Part shown: piece after piece, positions 45,131 through 53,952 of the stretch
Numbering within the stretch: position 1 is the first letter of the stretch
Layout of the letters: every line of letters starts with the position of its first letter
From: an uncultured Bosea sp.
GTDB taxonomy: Bacteria > Pseudomonadota > Alphaproteobacteria > Rhizobiales > Beijerinckiaceae
DNA: 64,000 nucleotides
Assembly: GCF_945957345.1 (NCBI RefSeq)
Contig: NZ_CAMFKW010000010.1
Span: forward strand, 9,231 to 73,230
Direction of reading: 5' to 3'
The notes under the pieces: model-generated
What the model saw: the letters and a program-made list of their open reading frames with translations, nothing else
Database searches by the model: none
Told to the model about the DNA's origin: nothing
Position numbers and translations under genes: made by a program

Positions 45131-45483
45131 TGATCGCAGCGCTCCTGATCGGCCTCGTTGCGCTGATCCATGTCTACATCGTCATTCTGGAGATGCTGTG
45201 GTGGGACACCCCGCGCGGCCACAAGGCCTTCGGTCTCACGCCGGACTTCGCCGCACGCTCGAAGGTGCTTGCCGCCAATCAGGGGCTCTATAACGGCTTC
45301 CTCGTCGCCGGCCTCGTCTGGGGGCTCTGGCTTGGCGCGGAAGGCTTCGCGATCAAGCTGTTCTTCCTGGCCTGCGTTCTTGTCGCCGGGCTCTTCGGCG
45401 CGGCGACGGCCAGCCGCAAGATTCTCTACATCCAGGCCTTGCCCGCCGCGCTCGCCATTGTGGCACTGCTGGCTCGGTTCTGA
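45130..45483 (+). CDS. DUF1304 family membrane protein
   Basis: ALIHVYIVILEM...AANQGLYNGFL. Start overlaps the fliI stop (TGATG). Confidence 0.85.
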   Translation: MIAALLIGLVALIHVYIVILEMLWWDTPRGHKAFGLTPDFAARSKVLAANQGLYNGFLVAGLVWGLWLGAEGFAIKLFFLACVLVAGLFGAATASRKILYIQALPAALAIVALLARF

Positions 45484-45490
45484 GCAGGCC

Positions 45491-46759
45491 TCAGCCTCGC
45501 GCCACCATCCGCACCAGCGCGAACATCGCAGCGAAGCCGACGGCCTGAATCGCTGCCGAGATCATCAGCGTCGGGTTCACCCCGAGCCGCTCGACCATCA
45601 CCGCAAAGAGCAGCGGCGCTGCCGCGAAGGTCATGTTCTGGGGCACGGTGAGCTTGCCGAGCATCGCAGCGAAGCCATTCCGGCCGAACAGGGCGAGCGG
45701 CAGCGTCGCCCGCGCCACCGAGATCACGCCGAGCGCCGCACTGAACAAGGCGATGAAGATCGCCGCGGTCGTGATCGTCATCGGCACGAAGGGCAGCGCG
45801 AGGCAAAGCACCGGCCCCAGCAGCAGGCCGAACAGCGAGACCTTCTCCGCCGGCAGGCGCTCGCCCAAGGTCGCGTCGATAGCACGTGCGGCAAGCGTCG
45901 CCGGGCCGCTCAGGGTCGCGACCCAGACGGCCTCGGACTGCGTCAGTCCCGCCTCCTGGAACAACGTGATCAAATGCAGCGGCAATCCCCAGGACACGAG
46001 CCCACTCGCCGAGAAGGCAAGCGCCACCAGCCAGAAAGCAGCCCTGCGCGAATGCGCTGCCACGCTGCCTTGTTCGCTGGCAGAGGTCGCTCCGGCAACG
46101 TCAGCCGGCTTGGCCTCGGGCGCCGGCGCATGCCGGTAACGCGGGATCGACGCATAGATCGGCAGCACGATGACGAGCTGCATCGCCGCGAAGACGATAA
46201 GCGTGATCCGCCAGCCGAAGGCGTTCATCAGCGTGGCGGTCAACGGCCAGAACACGCTGGAGGCGAGCCCGGTGACCAGCATCATCAGGCCGATGACGCG
46301 CCGCGTCCGCTCGCCCATCAACTGGGCGATGGTGACATTGCCTGTATTGGCCAGCGACATCGCATGGCCGAGCCCGATCACGAGCCAGCTCGCGAGGTAG
46401 CTCACCGGTCCCTGCGCCAGCGATAGCACACCAAGCCCGAGCGCGCAGATCACGGCGCCCACGCACATCGAGCGCCGCGTGCCCTCGCGGTCGAGCACGC
46501 GCCCGATCGCGGGGGCGACAAGAGCACCTGTGATCAGCAGGATGGTAATGCCGCCGAAGACGATCTCGGCATTGAGTCCGATCTCGCGATCGAGCGCGCC
46601 GACCAGCACCGAGGGCGAATAGAAGGTCGAGCCCCAGCCGATGATGCGTGTGAGCGCGAGGCCCAGCAGCAGAGGGCCGTGCGCGCCGAAACGAGAAGTG
46701 GCAGCCAAGAGAGGGAATCCGCGGAGCAGGAGGCCGGGCGGCCTCGCCTCCCGATTCAC
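45491..46759 (-). CDS. MFS transporter
   Basis: RIIGWGSTFY, GLASSVFWP, FGWR and 12 predicted TM segments. Confidence 0.85.
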   Translation of the reverse strand: MNREARPPGLLLRGFPLLAATSRFGAHGPLLLGLALTRIIGWGSTFYSPSVLVGALDREIGLNAEIVFGGITILLITGALVAPAIGRVLDREGTRRSMCVGAVICALGLGVLSLAQGPVSYLASWLVIGLGHAMSLANTGNVTIAQLMGERTRRVIGLMMLVTGLASSVFWPLTATLMNAFGWRITLIVFAAMQLVIVLPIYASIPRYRHAPAPEAKPADVAGATSASEQGSVAAHSRRAAFWLVALAFSASGLVSWGLPLHLITLFQEAGLTQSEAVWVATLSGPATLAARAIDATLGERLPAEKVSLFGLLLGPVLCLALPFVPMTITTAAIFIALFSAALGVISVARATLPLALFGRNGFAAMLGKLTVPQNMTFAAAPLLFAVMVERLGVNPTLMISAAIQAVGFAAMFALVRMVARG

Positions 46760-46830
46760 TAGATCATCCCGACAACCCGTGGCAGCAGCCGGGGCGCGAC
46801 CTGATCATGCGTAAAAGGCAGCCCGTTCCG

Positions 46831-46846
46831 GTAAGGAAAGGTCAAC
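46831..46846 (+). promoter_or_regulatory. Degenerate CtrA box upstream of fliJ
   Basis: GTAA-GGAAAGG-TCAAC (two mismatches). Confidence 0.35.
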
Positions 46847-46942
46847 CTCCTTGCGCCATGTTGCTCCACGTCTCGCGTATGGAGTTCGGGCGCGCGCCGA
46901 GGGGTCGGCAGCGCCGATGCGTAATCAGGAGTTGAAAACGAC

Positions 46943-47347
46943 ATGAAGTCGCGAGAGACGCTTCTTCGGCTCAAGCGCTTCCAGGTCGACGAGAAACGTC
47001 GCCGGGTAAGCCAGATCGAGATGATGATCGCCGATTTTCATCGGATGGCGAGCGATCTCGATCGCGAGATCCAGGCCGAGGAATCGCGCGCCGGCATCGC
47101 GGACCCCGCCCATTTCGCCTATCCGACCTATGCCAAGGCAGCCCTCGGCCGCCGCGACAACCTGCGCCAGTCGGCCGACAACCTGAAGGGCCAGCTCGAC
47201 GAGGCCAAGGCCGAATTGCAGGAAGCCTTCGAGGACATGAAGAAGGTCGAGATTCTCGACGATCGCGAACGCGCTTCGGAGCGCGCGGCGGAAGCCGCCC
47301 GCGACCAGGCCACGATGGACGCGATCGGGCTGCGCTCGCGCGTCTGA
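46943..47347 (+). CDS. fliJ: Flagellar export chaperone FliJ
   Basis: MKSRETLLRLKRFQVDEKRRRVSQIE...HFAYPTYAKAA...FEDMKKVE, the alphaproteobacterial FliJ pattern. AGGAG RBS. Confidence 0.9.
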   Translation: MKSRETLLRLKRFQVDEKRRRVSQIEMMIADFHRMASDLDREIQAEESRAGIADPAHFAYPTYAKAALGRRDNLRQSADNLKGQLDEAKAELQEAFEDMKKVEILDDRERASERAAEAARDQATMDAIGLRSRV

Positions 47348-47367
47348 GCCCGTTTTCAAGAATTCAG

Positions 47368-47400
47368 AAAAAGGCGGCGTCCTCGGGGCGCCGCCTTTTT
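47368..47400. terminator. Bidirectional Rho-independent terminator between fliJ and the GNAT
   Basis: AAAAAGGCGGCGTCC-TCG-GGGCGCCGCCTTTTT. Confidence 0.85.
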
Positions 47401-48014
47401 CATGCAATGACGGGATGGTGCACGACGGAGTCGCGCCGCAGCTTGCCGCTCAGGCGTGGATCGTCGTCGACCTCGACCCCGCGCTTGAACACGGTGAAGC
47501 CCGAGCGCTGGTAGAAGGCGAGCGCGGCCGGGTGGTCGAGCGTGCAGGTATGCACCCAGAAGCGCGAGATCGGCTTGGCCCAGGCCAGCGCCAGCGCCCG
47601 GTTCATCAGCCAGCGCCCCGCACCCTTGCCGACCACGGGCTCGTCCAGCCCGAAGAAGGCGAGCTCGCCCTCCCCCGCCACGCGGAAATCCAGCTCGAGC
47701 AAGCCGACATCGCGCCCCTCATGGCGAACGGCGTAGACCTCGATGGCCGGGTCGGCGAACACCGCCCCGAGCTCGGCACGCGGCTTGGTCAGGCGGCTGA
47801 ACCACATCCAGCGCTCGCCGAGCAGCCGGTAGACGGCAAGATAGCGCTCGATCTCGGCGCGGCCGATCCCTTCGAGCGAAAAACCTTCCATGCCAGGAGG
47901 ATCGGGCCGCTCCGGCGGCCGTGCGAACATCTCCAGCGAAGTCACGATCGTCGCGATCTTGCCGGGCGGCAGGTCGGTCGTTCCGGTTAGGGTGATGGTC
48001 AGGCTCTGGGACAT
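47400..48014 (-). CDS. GNAT-family acetyltransferase
   Basis: LAFFGLDEPVVGKGAGRWLM and WVHTCTLDHPAALAFYQRSGF. Confidence 0.88.
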   Translation of the reverse strand: MSQSLTITLTGTTDLPPGKIATIVTSLEMFARPPERPDPPGMEGFSLEGIGRAEIERYLAVYRLLGERWMWFSRLTKPRAELGAVFADPAIEVYAVRHEGRDVGLLELDFRVAGEGELAFFGLDEPVVGKGAGRWLMNRALALAWAKPISRFWVHTCTLDHPAALAFYQRSGFTVFKRGVEVDDDPRLSGKLRRDSVVHHPVIA

Positions 48015-48054
48015 GGAAGGCAGGCGCGCTCGGCTCGAAAATCGGGATCGTCGC

Positions 48055-48075
48055 CGCGATCATGACATGATCGCG
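48055..48075. promoter_or_regulatory. Perfect 10-1-10 palindrome, candidate operator
   Basis: CGCGATCATG-A-CATGATCGCG, 20 bp upstream of ORF 48095 and 41 bp from the divergent GNAT start. Confidence 0.5.
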
Positions 48076-48094
48076 TTCGAAAGATCACGACGCA

Positions 48095-48517
48095 ATGATG
48101 CATGCCCGGCCTGAGAGCACAGACGGATCGAGGCGACGACCGCAAAGTCGTCGGCCCGCCAGCTGGCTGTTCGGCCTCCTGGTGATGTGCTTCGCTGTGC
48201 TGCCGCATCTCACGCTGGCAGCGTCGATGATGTGCATGCCGGTTCCTGCCCCAGAACACCATGCCGTGAGCATGCAGGCGACTTCGGGCGAACAGGCGCA
48301 CGCGCCGGCCCCCTGCCACAAGACCGGAGACGCGCAAGCAGCCGCAGGTCCGCCCTGCTGCATCATCGGCTGTGGCTTGATCGCCGAAGCCCCTGCCGCG
48401 CCCATGCGGCCGATCGCGGTCCGCTGGTCGCGGTTGCCGCCCGCCTCGGCCACGGTGGTTCAAGACCGTTCGACAGAACCGGCGGAGCGACCGCCGCGAC
48501 CGGCGCGTTTCGCCTGA
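48095..48517 (+). CDS. DUF2946/CopL/CutF-like exported Cys/His-rich protein with C-terminal RPPR motif
   Basis: Hydrophobic export signal, His/Met-rich middle, PCH and PCCIIGCG, C-terminal EPAERPPRPARFA. Confidence 0.65.
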   Translation: MMHARPESTDGSRRRPQSRRPASWLFGLLVMCFAVLPHLTLAASMMCMPVPAPEHHAVSMQATSGEQAHAPAPCHKTGDAQAAAGPPCCIIGCGLIAEAPAAPMRPIAVRWSRLPPASATVVQDRSTEPAERPPRPARFA

Positions 48518-48591
48518 AGCCGATTTTCCAGGGGATCACGATGCCGCCTCGCGGCACGGTCCGCCTATCCATCGATCAAGGATCTAGACAG

Positions 48592-48966
48592 ATGAAGCGT
48601 AACACCATTGCCCTCGCCGCCCTGCTTGCCGCCAGCCTGCTTGCCGGCACCGCCCAGGCCCAGCAGTCCCATGCGGGCCATGGCACCACCGCGCCCACGA
48701 AGGCTGGCGACAGCGCCTCGACCAGGGCCTATCGCGACGCCAATATGAAGATGCACAAGGAGATGGACATCCCCTATTCCGGCGATGCCGATGCCGATTT
48801 CGTCCGCGGCATGATCCCGCATCATCAGGGCGCGATCGACATGGCCAGGATCGTCCTGGCCCATGGCAAGGACCCCGAGATCCGCAAGCTCGCCGAAAGC
48901 GTCATCCGCGACCAGGAGAAGGAGGTCGCGATGATGAAGGACTGGCTGAAGAAGAACGGCAAGTAG
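48592..48966 (+). CDS. DUF305 (CopM-like) periplasmic metal-binding protein
   Basis: Signal peptide, HAGH, MKMHKEM, DADFVRGMIPHHQGAIDMA and IRDQEKEVAMM. Confidence 0.88.
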   Translation: MKRNTIALAALLAASLLAGTAQAQQSHAGHGTTAPTKAGDSASTRAYRDANMKMHKEMDIPYSGDADADFVRGMIPHHQGAIDMARIVLAHGKDPEIRKLAESVIRDQEKEVAMMKDWLKKNGK

Positions 48967-49125
48967 CCGCTCCTTCCCTCCCTTGACCCTGGGTGAGGAC
49001 GGGCAGTCTCAAATGCTTGCCCTCGCCCTTCCCCACTGGCAGAGAGGGGAAAGGTTCGCGCCGCAGCGGTGACGACGTGGGCCAGCCGTTGCCCGTCACC
49101 ATCCTGTTCAGAACCCGCGGCCTCC

Positions 49126-50163
49126 ATGAAACGTTATCTCGACTATCTCTGGCCGATCATCGGGCTCGTCGCGGTCGTCTGGTCCGTCGAACTGCTCTGG
49201 AGCAAGCTCAAGGCCGAAGCCGGCTCCGACGCCACGATCGAGGCGCTGCTCGCCGATGCCAGCCTCTGGCAGAGCATCAAGATCATCGCCCACCGCATCG
49301 GCCACAAGATCGCGGTGATCCCGCCGGAAGCCTTCTTCCATGCCGCGCTGGCGACGCTGGTCGCCTATGCCGCGCTCGCCTGGTACGACCGCATCGCCCT
49401 GATCCATCTCGGCAAGGAGAAGGGCATTTCCTGGTTCTATATCTCGCTCTGCTCCTTCGTGACCTATGCGCTCTCGCACAATATCGGCGCCTCGGTCTTC
49501 TCCGGCGGCATGGTGCGCTACCGTGCCTATACGGCGAAGGGCCTGACGGCGGCGGAGGTCGCCGTCCTCGTCGCGCTTTGCTCCTTCACCTTCGCCTTCG
49601 GCACGATCTTTCTGATGGGGCTGGTGCTGCTCTACGAGCCGCAGATCCTGCATCCGCTGGAACGGATGTCGAAATGGTTCGCGATCAGCGATGGCACGGC
49701 GCGCCTGATCGGCGTCGGCATGCTCGCCTTCGTCGCGCTCTACACCATCGGCTCGTGGCTGCGCTTCAGGCCGCTGAAGATCGGCAAGTTCGAGATCATC
49801 TATCCGCGGCTGCCCATCGTCTTCAGGCAGTATCTCGCAGCCCCGCTCGAACTCGCGGGCGCCGCCGGCATCATCTATTTCGCCCTGCCCGACCAGGGCA
49901 ATCCGGGCTTCCTGATCGTGCTGGGCGCCTTCCTGCTCTCCTTCTCGGCCGGGCTGCTCAGCCAGGTTCCCGGCGGCGTCGGCGTCATGGAGGCTGTCTT
50001 CCTGGCGGTGATGCCGACCGTGCCGGCACCGGCCGTCTTCGCCGCGCTGCTGATTTGGCGGCTGTTCTATCTCATCTTGCCGCTGGTCTTCTCGCTGCCG
50101 ATCGTGCTCGCCTTCGAGCGCGCGCAACTCAAGCGCAGCACCCGCATCGCCCCGCCGCCCTAG
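49126..50163 (+). CDS. UPF0104 / lysylphosphatidylglycerol-synthase TM-region (YbhN-like) protein
   Basis: YAALAWYDRIAL, YALSHNIGASVFSGGMVRYRAY, SQVPGGVGVMEAVF and ALLIWRLFY. Confidence 0.85.
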   Translation: MKRYLDYLWPIIGLVAVVWSVELLWSKLKAEAGSDATIEALLADASLWQSIKIIAHRIGHKIAVIPPEAFFHAALATLVAYAALAWYDRIALIHLGKEKGISWFYISLCSFVTYALSHNIGASVFSGGMVRYRAYTAKGLTAAEVAVLVALCSFTFAFGTIFLMGLVLLYEPQILHPLERMSKWFAISDGTARLIGVGMLAFVALYTIGSWLRFRPLKIGKFEIIYPRLPIVFRQYLAAPLELAGAAGIIYFALPDQGNPGFLIVLGAFLLSFSAGLLSQVPGGVGVMEAVFLAVMPTVPAPAVFAALLIWRLFYLILPLVFSLPIVLAFERAQLKRSTRIAPPP

Positions 50164-50208
50164 CATCGGTTCGAAAACTGGGAACCGGCTTTCGGGGCAA
50201 GCCGATGC
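50163..50208. repeat. Short palindromic intergenic repeat (Rhizobiales-type)
   Basis: GCATCGG...CCGATGC terminal inverted repeat around CGAAAACTGGGAACCGGCTTTCG, between convergent genes. Confidence 0.6.
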
Positions 50209-50221
50209 GCAAAAAAGGCCG

Positions 50222-51109
50222 TCAGCGCTTGAGCGCGATCGCCGCCGCGCCGAACATGAGCAACGCGCCGATCGCTTCCGACCAGCCGAAGGGCTCGCTG
50301 AGCGCCAGAACGCCGACCGCGACCGCGATGGCCGGGCTGACGAAGGCATAGAGCCCGGCCCGGAAAGCGCCCCAGTCGCGCAGCAGCCGCATATAGATGG
50401 TGAAGCCCATCAGCGAGCCGCCGATCACGAGGAAGACCACGGCCGGCAGGACCGGCCAGCTCGCCAGTGCTCGGACATCGGCATAGCTGATCGGCTCCAG
50501 CGCGAGCGAAACCGCGGTCAAGCCGATGCCGCCGATCAGCGTCTGCCAGCCGGCCAGCGTCAGCGTCGGCATCGTCCTGGCGATCGGCCGGGAGAGCACC
50601 GCGCCGACGCAGTAGAACAGCGTGCCACCTGCGACCGCCGCAAGCCCCATCGCTTCAAGCGGATCGCCATGGGCGACTGAGAGCCCGCCCATCGCCCGCG
50701 TCGCGAACAGGAAGCAAAGCCCGACGGTTCCGAGCGCAATCGCGGCGATCTTGCGCCCGTCGATGTGCACGCCCTCGATCGCCCGGCTGGCCAGCAGGGT
50801 ATAGATCGGGATGGTCGCGAAATTGACGATGGCCGCGAGCCCGGTCGGCGCGTGTTTCGTGCCCCAGAACAGCAAGGCATAATTGACGGTATTGAGCAGC
50901 AGAGCCGTGCCGATCAAACGGGGCCAGGCGCTGGCCGGCACCTTGGGCGCATCACGCCCGGCCCAGACCAGCATCAGGAAACCGGCGATCGAAAAGCGCA
51001 CCGCCGCCAGGAAGACCGGCGGCACATGCGTCGATCCGACCTTGACCGGCAGCCACGTCAGACCCCAGACGAGGCACATGACGGCGAAGAGGAGAGCGTT
51101 GCGCGACAT
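50222..51109 (-). CDS. EamA/DMT-family transporter
   Basis: VWGLTW, two EamA repeats and AFVSPAIAVAVG. Confidence 0.9.
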   Translation of the reverse strand: MSRNALLFAVMCLVWGLTWLPVKVGSTHVPPVFLAAVRFSIAGFLMLVWAGRDAPKVPASAWPRLIGTALLLNTVNYALLFWGTKHAPTGLAAIVNFATIPIYTLLASRAIEGVHIDGRKIAAIALGTVGLCFLFATRAMGGLSVAHGDPLEAMGLAAVAGGTLFYCVGAVLSRPIARTMPTLTLAGWQTLIGGIGLTAVSLALEPISYADVRALASWPVLPAVVFLVIGGSLMGFTIYMRLLRDWGAFRAGLYAFVSPAIAVAVGVLALSEPFGWSEAIGALLMFGAAAIALKR

Positions 51110-51192
51110 GATGTCCGCTTAGCCGCAGCCTATGGCGCTGACCATTGCGCCGCAGGCATCGCGCCCCCGTGGAAACGGGTGGCGCAAAGGGC

Positions 51193-53322
51193 TCAGACGC
51201 TGCCGACCGTCTTGAGGCGCACGCGCGGATGAATCTCGGCCTGCGACAGCACCGGCGTCTCCCGGCGGAAGCGCTCGATGATCTGGCGGGCGAAGGGCCG
51301 CGCCATCGCCGAAGTGACCAGCGCCGGCATCTCGCCGATGCGGGCGGCATCCTCGAACTTGTCGCGGACGTGATGCACGAATTCCTGCAGGCGCGAGGGC
51401 TGCATGGCGAGATGGCGATCCTCGCCCTGGCCGATGATCGACTCGGCGAAGACGCCTTCCCAGGCCGGCGACAGCGTGATGATCGGCAGCACGCCCTGCA
51501 TGTTGGAGAACTGGGCGCAGATTTGGCGGGCGAGGCGCGCGCGGACATGCTCGGCGATCTCGCGCGGATTGCGCATGCTCGCCGAAACCTCTGCGATCCC
51601 CTCGATGATCGTCGGCAGGTCGCGGATCGAGATGCGCTCGGAGAGCAGGAGCTGCAACACGCGCTGGATGCCGGTGGTCGAGATCTGGCTCGGCACGATC
51701 TCCTTGACGAGATCGGCATGGTCCTTCGGCAGCTCGCGCAGAAGCTTCTGCACTTCGGAATGCGAGAGCAACTCCGGCATGTTCGACTTCAACACCTCCG
51801 TGAGATGCGTCGAGATCACGGTCGCGGCGTCGACCACGGTGTAGCCGCGCAACTGCGCCTCGTCCTGCAGCGCCGCGTCGATCCAGGTCGCCGGCAGGCC
51901 GAAGGTCGGCTCCAGCACGTTGTGACCCGGCAGGTTCACGGCCCCGCCCATGGGATCCATCGCCATGTACTGGCCGGCATAGACGATGCCCTGGCCGGCA
52001 TCGATCTCCTTGATCTTGATGAAGTAGTGGTTCGCCTCGAGCTGGACGTTGTCGACGATGCGCACCGCCGGCATGACGAAGCCGAGTTCGGCCGCCAGCT
52101 GCCGGCGCAAGGCCCGGACCTGATCGGTGAGCCGGTCCTGCCCGCTCGGCGCGTTGACCAGCGGCAGGAGGCCGTAACCGATCTCGATCTTGAGCTCGTC
52201 CATCTTGAGGAGGTCGTTGAGCGTCTCCTCGCGTGGCGTACCATCCGCCGCGACCGTCCCCCCGGCCTGCGCCGGATCAAGCACACCCTGCTGCGCCTCG
52301 CGCGCCTTGGCCGCCTTGCCGAAACGATAGGCCAGGAAGCCCGCACCGGCCGCCAGCAGCAGGAAGGGCAGCATCGGGATGCCCGGTAGCAGCGCGATCA
52401 GCAGCATGACGGCGGCCGACATGCCGAGCGCCTTGGGATAGCTGGAGAGCTGCTTACCGAGCGCCTTGTCGGCCGCGCCGCGGACGCCCGCCTTCGAGAC
52501 GAGCAGGCCCGCTGCGGTCGAGACGATCAGCGCCGGCACTTGGCTGACGAGGCCGTCGCCGACGGTGAGCAGGGTATAGTTATGCGCCGCCTGGCCGAAG
52601 CTCAGCCCCTGCTGCGCCACGCCGATGACGATGCCGCCGAGCACGTTGATGAAGGTGATCAGCAGGGCGGCGATGGCGTCGCCGCGGACGAATTTCGAGG
52701 CACCGTCCATCGAGCCGAAGAAGGAGGATTCGTCCTCCAGCGCCTTGCGACGAACCTTTGCTGTATCCTGGTCGATGAGGCCGGCGGAAAGGTCGGCGTC
52801 GATCGCCATCTGCTTGCCGGGCATGGCATCGAGGGTGAAGCGCGCCGCGACTTCGGCGATACGGCCCGAGCCCTTGGTGATGACGACGAAGTTCACGATG
52901 ATCAGGATCGTGAAGACGATCACGCCGATCACGAAATTGCCGCTCATCACGAAGCCTGCGAAGGCCTCGATGACGTGGCCCGCAGCGGAAGTCCCCTCGT
53001 GGCCATGGGCCAGGATCAGGCGCGTCGAGGCGAGGTTCAGTGCCAGGCGGAACATCGTGACGATCAGCAGCACCGTCGGAAAGGCCGAGAATTCCAACGG
53101 CTCCTCGATGAACAGCGCCGTCATCAGCACCAGCACCGACACAATGATCGAGAGTGCCAGCATCAGATCGAGCAGGATCGCCGGCATCGGGAAGATGAGC
53201 ACCACCAGGATGCCCATGACGCCGACGGCAAGGAACAGGTCGGGACGGTTGAACAGCTTCCCGAGCGCGCCGCGATCGGGAATGGCGAAGCCTCCGCCCT
53301 GACCTGCCGTCACATCGGTCAT
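51193..53322 (-). CDS. flhA: Flagellar export apparatus protein FlhA
   Basis: FSAFPTVLL, RLALNLASTRLIL, KGSGRIAEVAARFTLDAMPGKQMAIDADL and FFGSMDGASKFVRGDAIA. Confidence 0.96.
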   Translation of the reverse strand: MTDVTAGQGGGFAIPDRGALGKLFNRPDLFLAVGVMGILVVLIFPMPAILLDLMLALSIIVSVLVLMTALFIEEPLEFSAFPTVLLIVTMFRLALNLASTRLILAHGHEGTSAAGHVIEAFAGFVMSGNFVIGVIVFTILIIVNFVVITKGSGRIAEVAARFTLDAMPGKQMAIDADLSAGLIDQDTAKVRRKALEDESSFFGSMDGASKFVRGDAIAALLITFINVLGGIVIGVAQQGLSFGQAAHNYTLLTVGDGLVSQVPALIVSTAAGLLVSKAGVRGAADKALGKQLSSYPKALGMSAAVMLLIALLPGIPMLPFLLLAAGAGFLAYRFGKAAKAREAQQGVLDPAQAGGTVAADGTPREETLNDLLKMDELKIEIGYGLLPLVNAPSGQDRLTDQVRALRRQLAAELGFVMPAVRIVDNVQLEANHYFIKIKEIDAGQGIVYAGQYMAMDPMGGAVNLPGHNVLEPTFGLPATWIDAALQDEAQLRGYTVVDAATVISTHLTEVLKSNMPELLSHSEVQKLLRELPKDHADLVKEIVPSQISTTGIQRVLQLLLSERISIRDLPTIIEGIAEVSASMRNPREIAEHVRARLARQICAQFSNMQGVLPIITLSPAWEGVFAESIIGQGEDRHLAMQPSRLQEFVHHVRDKFEDAARIGEMPALVTSAMARPFARQIIERFRRETPVLSQAEIHPRVRLKTVGSV

Positions 53323-53369
53323 CGACCGCTCCGCCCCACGCCTCATACGCCCCGAAGCAGGGCGCAGCT

Positions 53370-53408
53370 CGGCAATTCTTGCCGGGCATATGGTGAACGA
53401 GTGGTTAA
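53370..53408 (-). promoter_or_regulatory. Class II flagellar promoter of flhA: CtrA box plus FlbD ftr-like element
   Basis: Minus strand TTAA-CCACTCG-TTCA (53394-53408) and perfect palindrome CGGCAA-TTC-TTGCCG (53370-53384). Confidence 0.65.
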
Positions 53409-53430
53409 GACCGCCCAGGAAATTCCATCT

Positions 53431-53455
53431 GGAACCTTTTCCTGAACGCCCTGTT
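53431..53455 (+). promoter_or_regulatory. Sigma-EcfG-type promoter for Tat peptide 1
   Basis: GGAAC-N16-TGTT. Confidence 0.45.
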
Positions 53456-53546
53456 ATCGAAAGACCCTGTTACGGCCGCATTCGACCCGAGACTTCGGGA
53501 ACGGGCCGACAAACCGGCGTTTCAAGCCGGACTTGAGGAGGATCAA

Positions 53547-53876
53547 TTGGATAGACGTTCTTTCATCACCAGCCTTTTCGGTGGTCTCGCGATCGCCAGC
53601 ATCGGCGGCGCCGCCCTGGCAGGGACCGACCTTGCAAAGGCCGCTGCTCCGGCGCCTCAACCTTTGCCCCCTGCCGATCCACAGGCGCTCGACGCAAAAA
53701 CCGCGCGCAAGCTCGATGAGGCCGATGCCGAATTCACCCAGGTCGTCCGTCGTGAACGGGTTTATCGCCATAACCGCCGTGGCCGTCCCGTCGTCGTCGA
53801 TCGGCGCGTCGTGGTGCGGCGCGATCGGTTCGGCCGGCCCGTGCGCCGCGTCGTGACACGCCGCCGCGTCTACTGA
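53547..53876 (+). CDS. Tat-signal small protein with Arg/Val-rich C-terminal tail (paralog 1)
   Basis: TTG start after GAGGAGGA; MDRRSFI twin-Arg motif; DAEFTQ followed by a 44-aa tail with 18 Arg and 13 Val. Confidence 0.8.
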   Translation: MDRRSFITSLFGGLAIASIGGAALAGTDLAKAAAPAPQPLPPADPQALDAKTARKLDEADAEFTQVVRRERVYRHNRRGRPVVVDRRVVVRRDRFGRPVRRVVTRRRVY

Positions 53877-53882
53877 CGCCTC

Positions 53883-53935
53883 GCGGGCTTCTGCCCGCTC
53901 CTGGAAAGCCCCGCCGCTTCCGCCGGGAGCGGCGG
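53883..53935 (+). terminator. Two hairpins after the peptide gene (terminator-like, weak U tract)
   Basis: GCGGGC-TTCT-GCCCGC (53883-53898) and CCGCCGCTTCC-GCC-GGGAGCGGCGG (53911-53935). Confidence 0.45.
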
Positions 53936-53952
53936 TTCGATGGGAGGACGTC

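Noticed and set aside
48970-49050. Possible degenerate CCCTCTCCC/GGGAGAGGG-type repeat after DUF305
   Set aside because: The pairing is too eroded to define ends without a genome-wide search.
49126-50163. UPF0104 membrane protein as the missing flippase-like member of the PTPS/RibA cluster
   Set aside because: It is more than 20 kb away with no shared regulatory motif, and YbhN-like genes are common as singletons.
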